Positions 9,541 to 19,554 of a DNA stretch of 64,000 nt are shown one piece after another. Made by a program: the position numbers and the translations under genes. Source of the DNA: an uncultured Parachlamydiaceae bacterium (lineage in GTDB: Bacteria > Chlamydiota > Chlamydiia > Chlamydiales > Parachlamydiaceae); the NCBI GenBank assembly GCA_963742415.1, contig CAVULX010000003.1, positions 288,001 through 352,000 of the forward strand, read 5' to 3'. The notes beneath the pieces were generated by a model. The model made no database searches. It worked only from the letters and a program-made list of their open reading frames with translations, and was not told where the DNA came from. The stretch's first letter is position 1. The number at the start of each line of letters is the position of its first letter.

Positions 9541-11300
9541 ACTTTTGCTTCCTCCGGATACATAGCATCGATCAGATGCTCATACTTTTGCATAATAACA
9601 TCCCTTCTAAGTTTCATAGAGGGGGTCATTTCCCCCGATTCAATTGTGGGAGAATGGGGAATAAAGCAATAAGCATGGATTTGCTCCCAACGATTCAAAT
9701 GTTTATTAAGAGATTCAAACAGACGGTCCATTTCTCCCCTTACAAATTCGGAATTTAAAAATTCATCGTCCGATAAGTGCGAAGCCTCATGCGTAGCTTT
9801 CAAACTATCCAACACCTCCTTATTCGGAAACAAAAGACAAGAGGCAAATTTTCGCCCTTCGGCTATCACCATCGCAGTCTCAATCAAAGGCGCTTGACAT
9901 ATCATTTGTTCAATCGGCACTGGCGCCACCCACTCACCGGTGGAAGTTTTATAGAGTTCTTTGAGGCGGCCATGTAGAGTCAAGAACCCATCTTTATCGA
10001 TCTCCCCTTTATCTCCTGTATGCAGCCAACCATCCCCATCCAGCGCGCTAGCGGTAGCGTCAGGATTCTTATAATAACCTCGCATCACCAGCGAGCCTTT
10101 TACTAAAACTTCGCCATTATCGTCTATTTTTAATTCAAAATCTTTGAAAGGCCTGCCTACAGTGCCTATTTTATTTACCTCTTTATTGTTAACCGTAATC
10201 GGACAGGCTTCCGTTAGTCCCCATCCTTCGTAGATAGGCACTCCAATTTCTTGAAAAAAATGGTTAAGGTGCGGGTTCAGGGGGGCTCCCCCGGAAATAA
10301 CCCCTTCAACGCTGCCCCCCAAAGCTTCTCTCAAGTTGAAATAAACGATCCTATCGACTAAAGGATGGATCAAATATTTAATCAGAGAATCTGTTTCTTG
10401 ATTGGCCAAATCAAATGCCCATTGCCCTAAATGCCTTTTCATAAAGCCCGCTTCCTGGACGGCTGCTTGCATCTTGGCATAAACTTTTTCTAAGATCCTT
10501 GGAACTACAACAAGAATGGTAGGGTGAATTTCGCGACATGCAGCTCCGATGCTTTTTAAATCATTGAAATAATAAATGCTGGCCCCGAATTGCAGCATGA
10601 TTAAGTTTAAAGAAAATCCAAAAATATGCGCCAATGGAAGAATACTTAAATACCGGCTTTGCTCTGCCTTAATTTCAAGAGGGATATCACACAGATGGCG
10701 GGTTAAATTTTTTTGGATCAACTCCACTCCCTTGGGCGTCCCAGTCGTCGCACTGGTATAGATAATGGCTGCTAAATCGTCGTCGTGAATCGCTTTTTTG
10801 GCTTGCTCAAAAGCTTCGGGATTTTGCTCTTCATATTGTTTCCCCATTTCCATCAACTGTTCGTAAGGAATGGCTGTCTCGTCTTGTGTTTCTGAGGCGA
10901 TTTCGATCACTGTGGAAAACAAATCCCGATGCCGATCAAACATAGGAATAGGTTCCTTTCTATCTACAAAAATCATTTTCATCTCTGTCTGCGTAACTTC
11001 ATGGACAAGGTTTTCCTCGGAAAGATTGGGAAACAAAGGCACTAACACTCCCCCGGACAATATGACAGCAAAATTGATGATGGTCCACGAAGGGGAGGGG
11101 TAGGCCATTAGCCCTATTTTATCTCCCCGTTTAACCCCTAAACGAATCAAACCGTTTGTCAAATACCGTATTTTCTCGATCATTTCCTGGGTGGATATGG
11201 CATACCAATTCCCTTTTTCGCAAAAATTTAGCGCTTTGGGATTTGCGTATTGCGAGCTAATATAGTCGAAAAGTTCCACGAAATTATTACATGGCACCAT
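9537..11300 (-). CDS. long-chain fatty acid-CoA ligase (AMP-dependent synthetase)
   Basis: YTSATTGTPKG, EGWGLTE, WLHTGDKG, TPSMKLRR. Confidence 0.9.
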   Translation of the reverse strand: MVPCNNFVELFDYISSQYANPKALNFCEKGNWYAISTQEMIEKIRYLTNGLIRLGVKRGDKIGLMAYPSPSWTIINFAVILSGGVLVPLFPNLSEENLVHEVTQTEMKMIFVDRKEPIPMFDRHRDLFSTVIEIASETQDETAIPYEQLMEMGKQYEEQNPEAFEQAKKAIHDDDLAAIIYTSATTGTPKGVELIQKNLTRHLCDIPLEIKAEQSRYLSILPLAHIFGFSLNLIMLQFGASIYYFNDLKSIGAACREIHPTILVVVPRILEKVYAKMQAAVQEAGFMKRHLGQWAFDLANQETDSLIKYLIHPLVDRIVYFNLREALGGSVEGVISGGAPLNPHLNHFFQEIGVPIYEGWGLTEACPITVNNKEVNKIGTVGRPFKDFELKIDDNGEVLVKGSLVMRGYYKNPDATASALDGDGWLHTGDKGEIDKDGFLTLHGRLKELYKTSTGEWVAPVPIEQMICQAPLIETAMVIAEGRKFASCLLFPNKEVLDSLKATHEASHLSDDEFLNSEFVRGEMDRLFESLNKHLNRWEQIHAYCFIPHSPTIESGEMTPSMKLRRDVIMQKYEHLIDAMYPEEAKV

Positions 11301-11434
11301 TTTCTTTATTCTCCTTATTAAACAGCCCCTTACTTTTATCTTAATTAAAATTATAATTTTATGGCTAATTTTCCCATTTTTTTCCCCAAAAGGAAAGAAA
11401 ATGGGTCTAGAATGTGTTAATTATTTGAAATGGA

Positions 11435-12712
11435 TTAATCTGAATAGCGGGCTTGAAGCATGGGGTAGTTTTTCCATACGATAAGTCCGCTGACGGCACT
11501 AACCATAGCGCCGGCAATCAAAAACCAAACGGCATTTAGGGGGGAATGGGTAAACTTAATCAATGCAGTCAAAACAACAGGCAAAAATCCCATAATCGAA
11601 TAGGTCACATTATAGCAAGATGCTATCCCCGTATATCGGACCTTTGTTGAAAAAATAGCCGCAAGTAGAGGGAAATAGCAAACCATGAGAAATGAAATCA
11701 CGGTCTGATAAAGAATCATAAAGAGAATCAATAAGGGGAAGCTTTGGGATAGCAAAATATTAAAAAACGAGAAGCCGCACCCCGCAAATGTCAAACATGT
11801 CACAATTAAAATGGGAAGTTTGCCAAAGCGATCCGCAATCAAACCACAAACTGGCAAAATGAAGGAAGACCACAAAAGTCCGCAAGTCATTGCCAAATAA
11901 ACGTCTTGAGAAGGGATGTGAAAATGTTCGCTCAGGTAGGTAGGAAGATAAAGGGCAAAAATCACGAGGCTGGAGACAAACAAGGTCATTCCAATGCCCA
12001 GCATAATTTCGAGGCGGAAATAGCGGAATAAACAAAGAAGAGGCTCCTTCAAAGATACTGTTGAGCGGGTCGTTTGCAACCGTGAAAACTCTGGCGTTTC
12101 TTGGAGGTGCTTACGGATAAAATAGTTCACAATGGCTAAAAGTCCTCCGAGAAGAAAAGGGATCCTCCATCCCCAATGGAGAATTTGCTCTCGGGCCATA
12201 TTTTTAGAAAGCATATAGAGGACAAATGAGGCTAGAGTAGACCCCAAACCCACACTGGAAATGACAAAGCTCGAATAGGTTCCATGCTTTTGTTTTTCGG
12301 CGTATTCGCAGACAACAGTGATGGCGCCTGGAAGCTCCGCTCCAAACGACAACCCTTGAAAAATACGGGCTAAGACAAGCAAACAGGGAGCTACGGCACC
12401 AATTTGAGCATATGTGGGCAAAAATCCGATGATAAAGGTGGATATTGCCATTATCAACATCACTGCTAGGAAGGTTTTTTTTCGCCCATAGGTGTCCCCA
12501 ACCATTCCAAACAAAATGCCGCCAAATGGGCGGATCAAATACCCTATAGCAAAGACAGCAAATGTCTTTAGGGTCGCGATCCAAGGGGTGGCATCAGCAA
12601 AAAAGAGAAATCCCAAATATTCAGCCATCATCCCATAAATGATGAAATCGTAATACTCTAAACCTGCCCCCAAGCTGGAAAGAAATGCAGCCTTTTTCGC
12701 TGTGTTTGTCAT
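11435..12712 (-). CDS. MFS transporter, metabolite:H+ symporter (ProP-like)
   Basis: LEYYDFIIYG, RPFGGILFGMVGDTYGRK, WGWRIPFLLGG. Confidence 0.9.
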   Translation of the reverse strand: MTNTAKKAAFLSSLGAGLEYYDFIIYGMMAEYLGFLFFADATPWIATLKTFAVFAIGYLIRPFGGILFGMVGDTYGRKKTFLAVMLIMAISTFIIGFLPTYAQIGAVAPCLLVLARIFQGLSFGAELPGAITVVCEYAEKQKHGTYSSFVISSVGLGSTLASFVLYMLSKNMAREQILHWGWRIPFLLGGLLAIVNYFIRKHLQETPEFSRLQTTRSTVSLKEPLLCLFRYFRLEIMLGIGMTLFVSSLVIFALYLPTYLSEHFHIPSQDVYLAMTCGLLWSSFILPVCGLIADRFGKLPILIVTCLTFAGCGFSFFNILLSQSFPLLILFMILYQTVISFLMVCYFPLLAAIFSTKVRYTGIASCYNVTYSIMGFLPVVLTALIKFTHSPLNAVWFLIAGAMVSAVSGLIVWKNYPMLQARYSD

Positions 12713-12738
12713 GGTCGCTCTTTAGTTTTTGAACGTGA

Positions 12739-14190
12739 TTAAGCGTTATAAGATGTGGAGCTTACATTGCCGCCTGTTCCGGTCCAATTGGTATGAAAAA
12801 ATTGACCGCGCGGCTTGTCTATCCGCTCATATGTGTGGGCTCCAAAATAGTCTCGCTGGGCTTGCAAAAGATTAGCCGGCAGCCGCGCTGTCCTATAGCC
12901 ATCATAAAAAGCTAAAGCAGTGCTAAAGCAGGGGGTCGGGATCCCCAATTCTGCGCTCACACCTACCGCTTTGCGCCATCCTTCTTGCGCTTTTTGAAGT
13001 TCTTGAATGAAAAAATTATCCAATAAGAGATTTTTTATAAGAGGGTTTTTCTGATAGGCTTCTTTTATTTTCCCCAAAAATTTGCTCCGAATAATACATC
13101 CGCCGCGCCACATCAAAGCAATCCCCCCATAATTGAGCTTCCATTTATATTCATTTGCTGCCTGCCGCATCAACATAAACCCTTGGGCATAACTGATGAT
13201 CTTTGAAGCATAAAGGGCCTGCCTAATGCTCTCGATGAATTCTCTACATTCCCCTTAAATTTATTTTCAGGGCCTTTAAGCACCTTGCTTGCTTCCATCC
13301 TTTCCTCTTTTATAGCCGAAAGGCAACGGGCAAAAACAGCTTCACCTATCAACGTCAAAGGCATTCCTAAATCGAGAGCATTAATGCACGGTCCACTTGC
13401 CAGTCCCTTTTTGTCCGGCAACATCGAGGATTTTGTCGACAATGGAGTGTTGTCAGTATCTAAAGTAGAAAAAATGTGGCTTGTGATTTCAATCAGATAA
13501 CTATTAAGCTCCTGTTGATTCCAATCTTTAAAAATTTCACTAAGTTGATTGGCTTTTAATCCTAAGCCATTTTTCAACAAATCATAAGCTTCACAGATAA
13601 GCTGCATATCGCCATATTCAATGCCGTTATGAACCATTTTTACATAATGACCTGCACCTTCATCTCCTACCCAATCGCAGCAAGGCTCTCCATTCAGCTT
13701 TAGCGGCAATGGCTCTGAAAAATAGGCTTTAATACGAGGCCATCCATCCGGATTTCCCCCCGGCATAATCGATGGACCGTGCCGCGCCCCTTCTTCCCCT
13801 CCGGAGATACCAGTACCAATAAAGATAATCCCCTTTTCTTTAAGCTCTTGGCAGCGACGGTTTGTATCTGTAAAGAGGCTATTTCCCCCATCGATAATCA
13901 TATCCCCTTTTTCAAGATAAGGAAGACAGCTGCTCAATCAATTCGTCAACAGGCTCTCCGGCTTTGACCATCAACATGATACTGCGGGGCTTTTTAAGGG
14001 TCTTGAAAAACTCTTCTAAAGAATGGGTTCCAATAATTTTTGTTCCTTTTGCCGGCCCTGTGAGGAATTCATCTACTTTGGCTGTAGTACGGTTAAATAC
14101 CGCAACGATAAAACCATGATCATTCATATTTAAAGCAAGATTTTGCCCCATGACAGCGAGTCCAATTAGTCCGATATCAGCTTGAGCCAT
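12739..14190 (-). CDS. gnd: 6-phosphogluconate dehydrogenase (several frameshifts in this sequence)
   Basis: [35 protein letters not shown] and [12 protein letters not shown] are split over three or more frames. Confidence 0.92.
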
Positions 14191-14332
14191 AAAAAATTCC
14201 TTTTTTTGTGTTAGTCAGATTGTATGCAAGAAAAGATAGGGGAATCAAGAGAAAAAAGGGTAAAAGCACTTGAGGAAAACATTTATTAACTGTTATCATG
14301 GCAATGCCAATTTTTAAGTTCAATGTGTGCAT

Positions 14333-14405
14333 GTCCTCGTAGCTCAGTGGATAGAGCGGTTGCCTCCTAAGCAACAGGTCGCGCGTTCAATTCGCGCCGA
14401 GGACG
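14333..14405 (+). tRNA. tRNA-Arg(CCT)
   Basis: Acceptor stem GTCCTCG/CGAGGAC; anticodon arm GTTGC-CTCCTAA-GCAAC; T loop GTTCAAT; CCA not encoded. Confidence 0.95.
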
Positions 14406-14415
14406 ATTCTTTAAA

Positions 14416-14874
14416 TTACTGATTGAGTGGTAATGGCTTTGGAGTGTACCACTCATTAAGCCAGACGACAGACCTGACTCCAAGGAAAAAGCCTAACAAA
14501 GGAACAAAAAATCTAGGATGGTGCTGCATGTGTTCATAAAAAAAAAGCGCTGTCACCGCCACGATTTCAATGGGATGCAGCCCACGCCCCACGAATAGCA
14601 CCGCATTGCCTTGCCCACACCCGGGACGCGCCTCTCCCTCGGATTTTGTCTCAACTTTCCATAAGATTAAAGTAACCTGATAGGCCGCACCAAGTGCAGC
14701 TCCTGCGCCAAAAGAAATCGGTTCTAAATAAATTCCAAAAATTCCGAAAGCAATCGCGCATGCATTTTCTAGCGTCTGAATATAAGCGGGGCTTTTCCCA
14801 TTGCTTACACATGGGGAGCATTGTGTGTTGTTAGACTGACCAGTACATTGGGGGCAACACCTTTCTGTATTCAT
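14416..14874 (-). CDS. hypothetical membrane protein with Cys-rich N-terminus
   Basis: 152 aa, CCPQC...CSPC, several hydrophobic segments. Confidence 0.7.
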   Translation of the reverse strand: MNTERCCPQCTGQSNNTQCSPCVSNGKSPAYIQTLENACAIAFGIFGIYLEPISFGAGAALGAAYQVTLILWKVETKSEGEARPGCGQGNAVLFVGRGLHPIEIVAVTALFFYEHMQHHPRFFVPLLGFFLGVRSVVWLNEWYTPKPLPLNQ

Positions 14875-14923
14875 TCTTTGATCCTATGTAAAATATTCAA
14901 AAGGTAAATTTCCGATTCATTCA

Positions 14924-15028
14924 TTAGGTAAATATCACCAACAAAGCAATAATGCTAGTTACCCAGAGGATGAGGGATAACATCGAAAAACGGGGATCGC
15001 ATTTGGAATGTCTGGGATCTTCGCACAT
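14924..15028 (-). CDS. possible small single-TM peptide (34 aa)
   Basis: MCEDPRHSKCDPRFSMLSLILWVTSIIALLVIFT*, read manually; below the ORF-track cutoff. Confidence 0.4.
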   Translation of the reverse strand: MCEDPRHSKCDPRFSMLSLILWVTSIIALLVIFT

Positions 15029-15142
15029 ATGATGGTAACACTTAAATATATAATTTCGTTTAATTAGAATAACTTGTTATGATTCATTTGACAACAAAAA
15101 TTTCCGAAAAAAATCACTTTTATTTTCAACGTTAAGATTATC

Positions 15143-15895
15143 ATGCTCAGACAAGAAAAAGATGGGGTCCATTGGTTGGAATATGAGCTTTTAGCCGAAT
15201 TTCCCCATGTCAAACATGGAGTCTTTTTACGGCATGGGGGGCACAGCCAAGGGGAATACGCCTCATTAAATCTATCTTATTTTGTAGGGGATGACGCTGC
15301 ATGTGTGAAAGGGAATTTTGATAAGGTGATGTCGATCATGGGAGTGAAAAAAATCGTTTATGGTGAACAAAATCATGGAAAAACTATTTCCCTGGTCACT
15401 TCCGATACTAAAGAGATCCTTTGCGGAGATGGTTTAGCTACGGCTACGTGGAATCTTGGATTGCTCATCTGCCATGCCGATTGTCAAGCAGCCATCATGT
15501 ATGATACAGAAAATAAAGCAGTTGTGAATGTCCATTGCGGCTGGAAAGGAAACGTCCAAAACATCTATGGATCAGCTGTGGCCTTTATGCAAAAGTTTTT
15601 CCGCACCAAACCGCAAAATCTGCTTGTGTGTATTTCTCCTAGCCTTGCTCCACATAGCGCCGAATTTATCAATTATAGAAAAGAACTCCCGGAAAACTTT
15701 TGGGAATTCCAAGTAAAGCCCTACTATTTTGATTTGTGGGCCATCAGTGAAATGCAACTAGTGCAATCTGGCGTCTTAAAACACCATATTCAAATCGCCG
15801 GGATTGACACTTTAAACAACCCCCAAGATTACTATTCCTACCGATATCAAAAAGTCCGCGGCTGCCATGGCACTTTCGTCAGCTTAAATCCTTAA
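15143..15895 (+). CDS. pgeF: peptidoglycan editing factor / YfiH-family nucleoside phosphorylase
   Basis: SLNLS, QNHG, HADCQ, VHCGWKG, YYSYR. Confidence 0.88.
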   Translation: MLRQEKDGVHWLEYELLAEFPHVKHGVFLRHGGHSQGEYASLNLSYFVGDDAACVKGNFDKVMSIMGVKKIVYGEQNHGKTISLVTSDTKEILCGDGLATATWNLGLLICHADCQAAIMYDTENKAVVNVHCGWKGNVQNIYGSAVAFMQKFFRTKPQNLLVCISPSLAPHSAEFINYRKELPENFWEFQVKPYYFDLWAISEMQLVQSGVLKHHIQIAGIDTLNNPQDYYSYRYQKVRGCHGTFVSLNP

Positions 15896-15962
15896 TTTTT
15901 TACCTATTTCAAATAAGGGAAAAGAATTCGGATCTGAAACTTTAGAAGTTTGTGAATACCCT

Positions 15963-16526
15963 CTAAAGCGGGGGAAACATTTGATAGAGACCAAAGGTCA
16001 TCGCTCCCCCAAAAAAACCTGCCATATTTACAAATAAAAATAATAACAACAGACAAATGCAATAAAACCTGCTGCACCCTAATTGCGTTCTGACGTATGC
16101 CAGAACAATAGCAAAAGCAGCAGTTAAGATTCCGAACCACATATGCCAAAAAAGAAGCCTCTCCATTAAGCCTCCATAGGGAGCCGAATAGCTATAGATT
16201 AAGCCTAACAGAGCTGTAGGCGGCGCAAACAGGGCTGCCGAAATAATTAGAAAACGGGATGAAAATTCGAATATTGGCTTCTTGTACCATGCCAAAAGTA
16301 ATTCGGAAACAACAAGCATATTGATTAAAGCAATGGGAAAATGGAGAAAAATTAAGTGAAAACTGCCCGCCCACCGTATCCATGAGGTTGGGCGCCCTTG
16401 TTGAGAATTCTCCTCAACTTCACTTTGAACACTTTCTGCCAGCACTCTCTTTTCTTCATGCCCCTCATGCGCTAATCCGAAACAACTAGAAGAAAGAAAA
16501 ACAAAGATAAAAATTATTCTCATCAA
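15963..16526 (-). CDS. DUF2231-like membrane protein
   Basis: AHEGHEE after a signal peptide, HLIFLHFPIAL, HMWFG, GFFGGAMTFG. Confidence 0.7.
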   Translation of the reverse strand: MMRIIFIFVFLSSSCFGLAHEGHEEKRVLAESVQSEVEENSQQGRPTSWIRWAGSFHLIFLHFPIALINMLVVSELLLAWYKKPIFEFSSRFLIISAALFAPPTALLGLIYSYSAPYGGLMERLLFWHMWFGILTAAFAIVLAYVRTQLGCSRFYCICLLLLFLFVNMAGFFGGAMTFGLYQMFPPL

Positions 16527-16668
16527 ACACTCCCTGTTTCTCCATCAAAACAATCTTTAAATTGGCCTATCGTCGATTTTTTTGCTAGCTCATCCTCAAA
16601 ATTCATAATTCCCTTTACTTTTTTTTGCCGAAGTGTTATATTTTTGCTCTAAGATTTTAAGGTACAAG

Positions 16669-17718
16669 ATGATCCCTCTATTTTTTCTAACTATCGTTTG
16701 CAACTTTTTTTACATCAGCAACCTTACTGCCATTGATCGCTTTCCTGCCATTACCCCCTACGCTACAGGAATGCTTACAGTCGATGATGTCCATCAAATC
16801 TATTGGGAAGAAAGCGGCAATCCTAATGGCATCCCAGTCCTATTTTTGCACGGAGGCCCAGGTGTGGCAACAAATCCCAGCGACCGCACTTTTTTCGACC
16901 CCAATTTTTACCGCATTATTCTCTTCGACCAGCGCGGATGTGGAAAAAGCATTCCAAAAAATTGCCTAACAAACAACACTACATGGGATCTGGTCGAAGA
17001 CATCAATAAGTTGCGCGAATTCCTTGCCATCGACAAATGTTTGGTCTTTGGCGGCTCTTGGGGAAGCACATTAGCTTTAACGTACGCCATTAAATACCCT
17101 GAAAATGTTTTAGGATTAATCTTAAGAGGCATTTTTCTCTTCACTCCAAAAGAACTCGATTGGTTTTATCGAGAGGGCGCAAACCAGCTTTCTCCTAAAG
17201 CTTGGGAAATATTCATCAACGCCGTTCCCAAAGAACAGCAAAATGACCTTGTTGCTGCTTACCACAAGACATTGCAGTCAGGCTCTTTTTGGACAGAAAG
17301 CAATGCGGCTGCAGCTTGGGTCTTATGGGAATTTGCCAACCTACAATCGGTTCCCGATTCTCGCCTCGATTCATTAATCAACAGTAAATTTCTATTTAAA
17401 GTCTTTACAATCCTTTATAAAAACCAAAACAAAACGCAAGCTCTTATTGAAAATCATTATTTCTTTAATAAAGGATTTTTTCAGACAGATAATTGGATCT
17501 TGGAAAATATGGATAAAATTAAAAATATCCCTGGCGTGATTATTCAAGGAAAATGTGATCAAATTTGTCCGTGGGAATATGCTGCCGAGCTTCACCAAAA
17601 ATGGCCTGCATCAACTTTTATTCTATTACCCAATGCGGGCCACGCTTCCACCGAGCCAGGAATTTTAGAAGCCCTTATCGAAGCTACCGAAGATTTTAAA
17701 AACAAAATCGGTTTTTAA
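16669..17718 (+). CDS. pip: prolyl aminopeptidase
   Basis: LHGGPG, FDQRGCGKS, VFGGSWGSTLALTYA, LILRGIF, AGHAS; the N-terminal hydrophobic leader suggests export. Confidence 0.9.
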   Translation: MIPLFFLTIVCNFFYISNLTAIDRFPAITPYATGMLTVDDVHQIYWEESGNPNGIPVLFLHGGPGVATNPSDRTFFDPNFYRIILFDQRGCGKSIPKNCLTNNTTWDLVEDINKLREFLAIDKCLVFGGSWGSTLALTYAIKYPENVLGLILRGIFLFTPKELDWFYREGANQLSPKAWEIFINAVPKEQQNDLVAAYHKTLQSGSFWTESNAAAAWVLWEFANLQSVPDSRLDSLINSKFLFKVFTILYKNQNKTQALIENHYFFNKGFFQTDNWILENMDKIKNIPGVIIQGKCDQICPWEYAAELHQKWPASTFILLPNAGHASTEPGILEALIEATEDFKNKIGF

Positions 17719-17829
17719 TTACTTCACTTTTCAAACCATAACATTATTGCCCCTGTAAGAAACAAAAAGTCAAATCTTTATTTCAAAATTACCTTTTGCT
17801 ATGGTGCTATATTATAGCAAAGGAAAAAA

Positions 17830-19011
17830 ATGTTCGTTATGGCTGACGGTCCTTCAGGGGTATCTGTAGAAAACATCCAAGCAAAATTATACGACTCCAA
17901 AAATATCGACGAATTAGAGTGGCCCGAAACAACAGAAGGACAATACGCCAAAAAGTTTTTAACGCCTTTGGTTAAAAATGGCATTTCCCATTACGTCAAA
18001 AATATCCATGCGGACATCTACGTTTTAAAAGTAAAAGAGCTTGTTTTTCCCATCACGGTAGTAACAGAAAACTATTCTAATTCATGGGTGTGCTCCCCTT
18101 ACTCCCACTACATTTCGTACGGAAAGGAATTTGCAAATATCGTCGGCAGCCCATTCCTAACAAAAATCGCAAAAAGCATGCTCGATTTTTTGGGGAAGCT
18201 TGGAAAATTTGGTAAAATTAATTCAGTAGCCTATGTTAATAATTGGATGTTCTCCGTAGATTTATATCCTGAGGAAATCAAAGGTGAACAAATCGATGCC
18301 ATCATAAAAACTTTAACCCTCTTCTTTCCCGAGCACGCGATCATATTCCGTTCATTAAACAATTTAACAACGCCCAATTTAATCAAACTTTTAGAGGAAA
18401 AAAACTTTGATTTAATCTGCAGCAGATATGTCTACGTCACAGACACAAAAAAAGAATCCATATTCAAAACAAGGATCTTAAAAAGCGATTTGCGATTATG
18501 GGAAAATAACCCATTTAAAATTTATAACGAGACTGATTTGAAAGAGGAGGAATATGAGCAGCTTTTGGACTTATATTTAAAATTATACGTTTCAAAACAC
18601 TCTTCCCTCCAACCCCAATTTAATATCGATTATTTTAAATTGTTTTTTGAAAAGAAATTGATGCAATTCAAAGTCCTTAAATACAACGGCGACATAAAAG
18701 GTGTTGCCGGATACTGTAAACGGGGAAATGGGATGATTTGCCCGATTTTCGGCTTTCAAAAAAATGCCCCGGATAGCAACAAGGTTTATCGGCTGCTCAA
18801 CTTAGCTTTGCTCATGGAAGCGCAAAAAGAAAAACTGCTGTTCAATCAAAGCGCCGGCGCTGCCGCTTTTAAGTCGATAAGAAGAGCTGAAGGATGCTTA
18901 GAATATATCGCTGTCTATACGCATCATTTGCCTACAAAACAAAAGCTTTTTTGGCCCCTGCTAAAAATGTTTTTTAATAAAGTAGCATCGAAATACATGA
19001 AAAATTATTGA
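17830..19011 (+). CDS. GNAT/FemAB-like fold protein
   Basis: WVCSPYSHYISY, VNNWMFS, FPEHAIIFRSLN, NQSAGAAAFKSIRRA. Confidence 0.6.
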   Translation: MFVMADGPSGVSVENIQAKLYDSKNIDELEWPETTEGQYAKKFLTPLVKNGISHYVKNIHADIYVLKVKELVFPITVVTENYSNSWVCSPYSHYISYGKEFANIVGSPFLTKIAKSMLDFLGKLGKFGKINSVAYVNNWMFSVDLYPEEIKGEQIDAIIKTLTLFFPEHAIIFRSLNNLTTPNLIKLLEEKNFDLICSRYVYVTDTKKESIFKTRILKSDLRLWENNPFKIYNETDLKEEEYEQLLDLYLKLYVSKHSSLQPQFNIDYFKLFFEKKLMQFKVLKYNGDIKGVAGYCKRGNGMICPIFGFQKNAPDSNKVYRLLNLALLMEAQKEKLLFNQSAGAAAFKSIRRAEGCLEYIAVYTHHLPTKQKLFWPLLKMFFNKVASKYMKNY

Positions 19012-19021
19012 AGGATTTTCT

Positions 19022-19504
19022 ATGATTTTTTTCTTGAGTATTTATGTTATGGGCGTTCTTGGATCCCTGCTTCATATCTACCTGCTTGGCGATCAAGGAC
19101 GGACATGGCCGAGAGTCATTGAAATCTTGCTCCTCTATCAAATTGTTTTTAGCTTAGGAGTAACCAGCCTAGTCTCTTTTTTGGGGCTAACTTTCCTATC
19201 TGAATATATCGCTAAAATCACAAACTGGCCTGCAAGCCCTTTTGAACAACAGCTTGCAAATGTCAACCTAGCTTTCGGCGTGTTGGGTATCATGTCCATT
19301 TTTTATAGAGAATATTTCTGGCTGGCTACCATTCTCGGCTTTGCCATCTGGATTTTAGGAGATGGGATCCATCATCTGTTTCACGCGCTGGTAAAAAAAA
19401 ATCTGAGCCAAGGAAATATTGGAGTGCCTCTTTGGACAGATTTCATCGTCCCTATCGTCTTGCTAGTTTTATTGTATCTATACCACCAATCAGCAAGGAA
19501 TTGA
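19022..19504 (+). CDS. membrane protein (DUF6790-like)
   Basis: Multiple TM segments; W-P-x-SPF-x-x-x-x-A-N-L-A-F-G and GDGIHH motifs. Confidence 0.7.
   Translation: MIFFLSIYVMGVLGSLLHIYLLGDQGRTWPRVIEILLLYQIVFSLGVTSLVSFLGLTFLSEYIAKITNWPASPFEQQLANVNLAFGVLGIMSIFYREYFWLATILGFAIWILGDGIHHLFHALVKKNLSQGNIGVPLWTDFIVPIVLLVLLYLYHQSARN
19180..19504 (+). repeat. direct repeat copy 1 (3' two-thirds of the DUF6790-like gene)
   Basis: 19205-19504 vs 26490-26789 shows 15 mismatches in 300 nt by manual alignment. Confidence 0.9.
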
Positions 19505-19554
19505 ACTCGAACAAATGCAGAAGTAGCTCGAACCGGAAGAGGTTTTTGTCAATT

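Noticed and set aside
19432-19554. N-terminal extension of the H+-ATPase in the ORF track
   Set aside because: It overlaps the upstream gene; ATG 19555 has an RBS and is the better start
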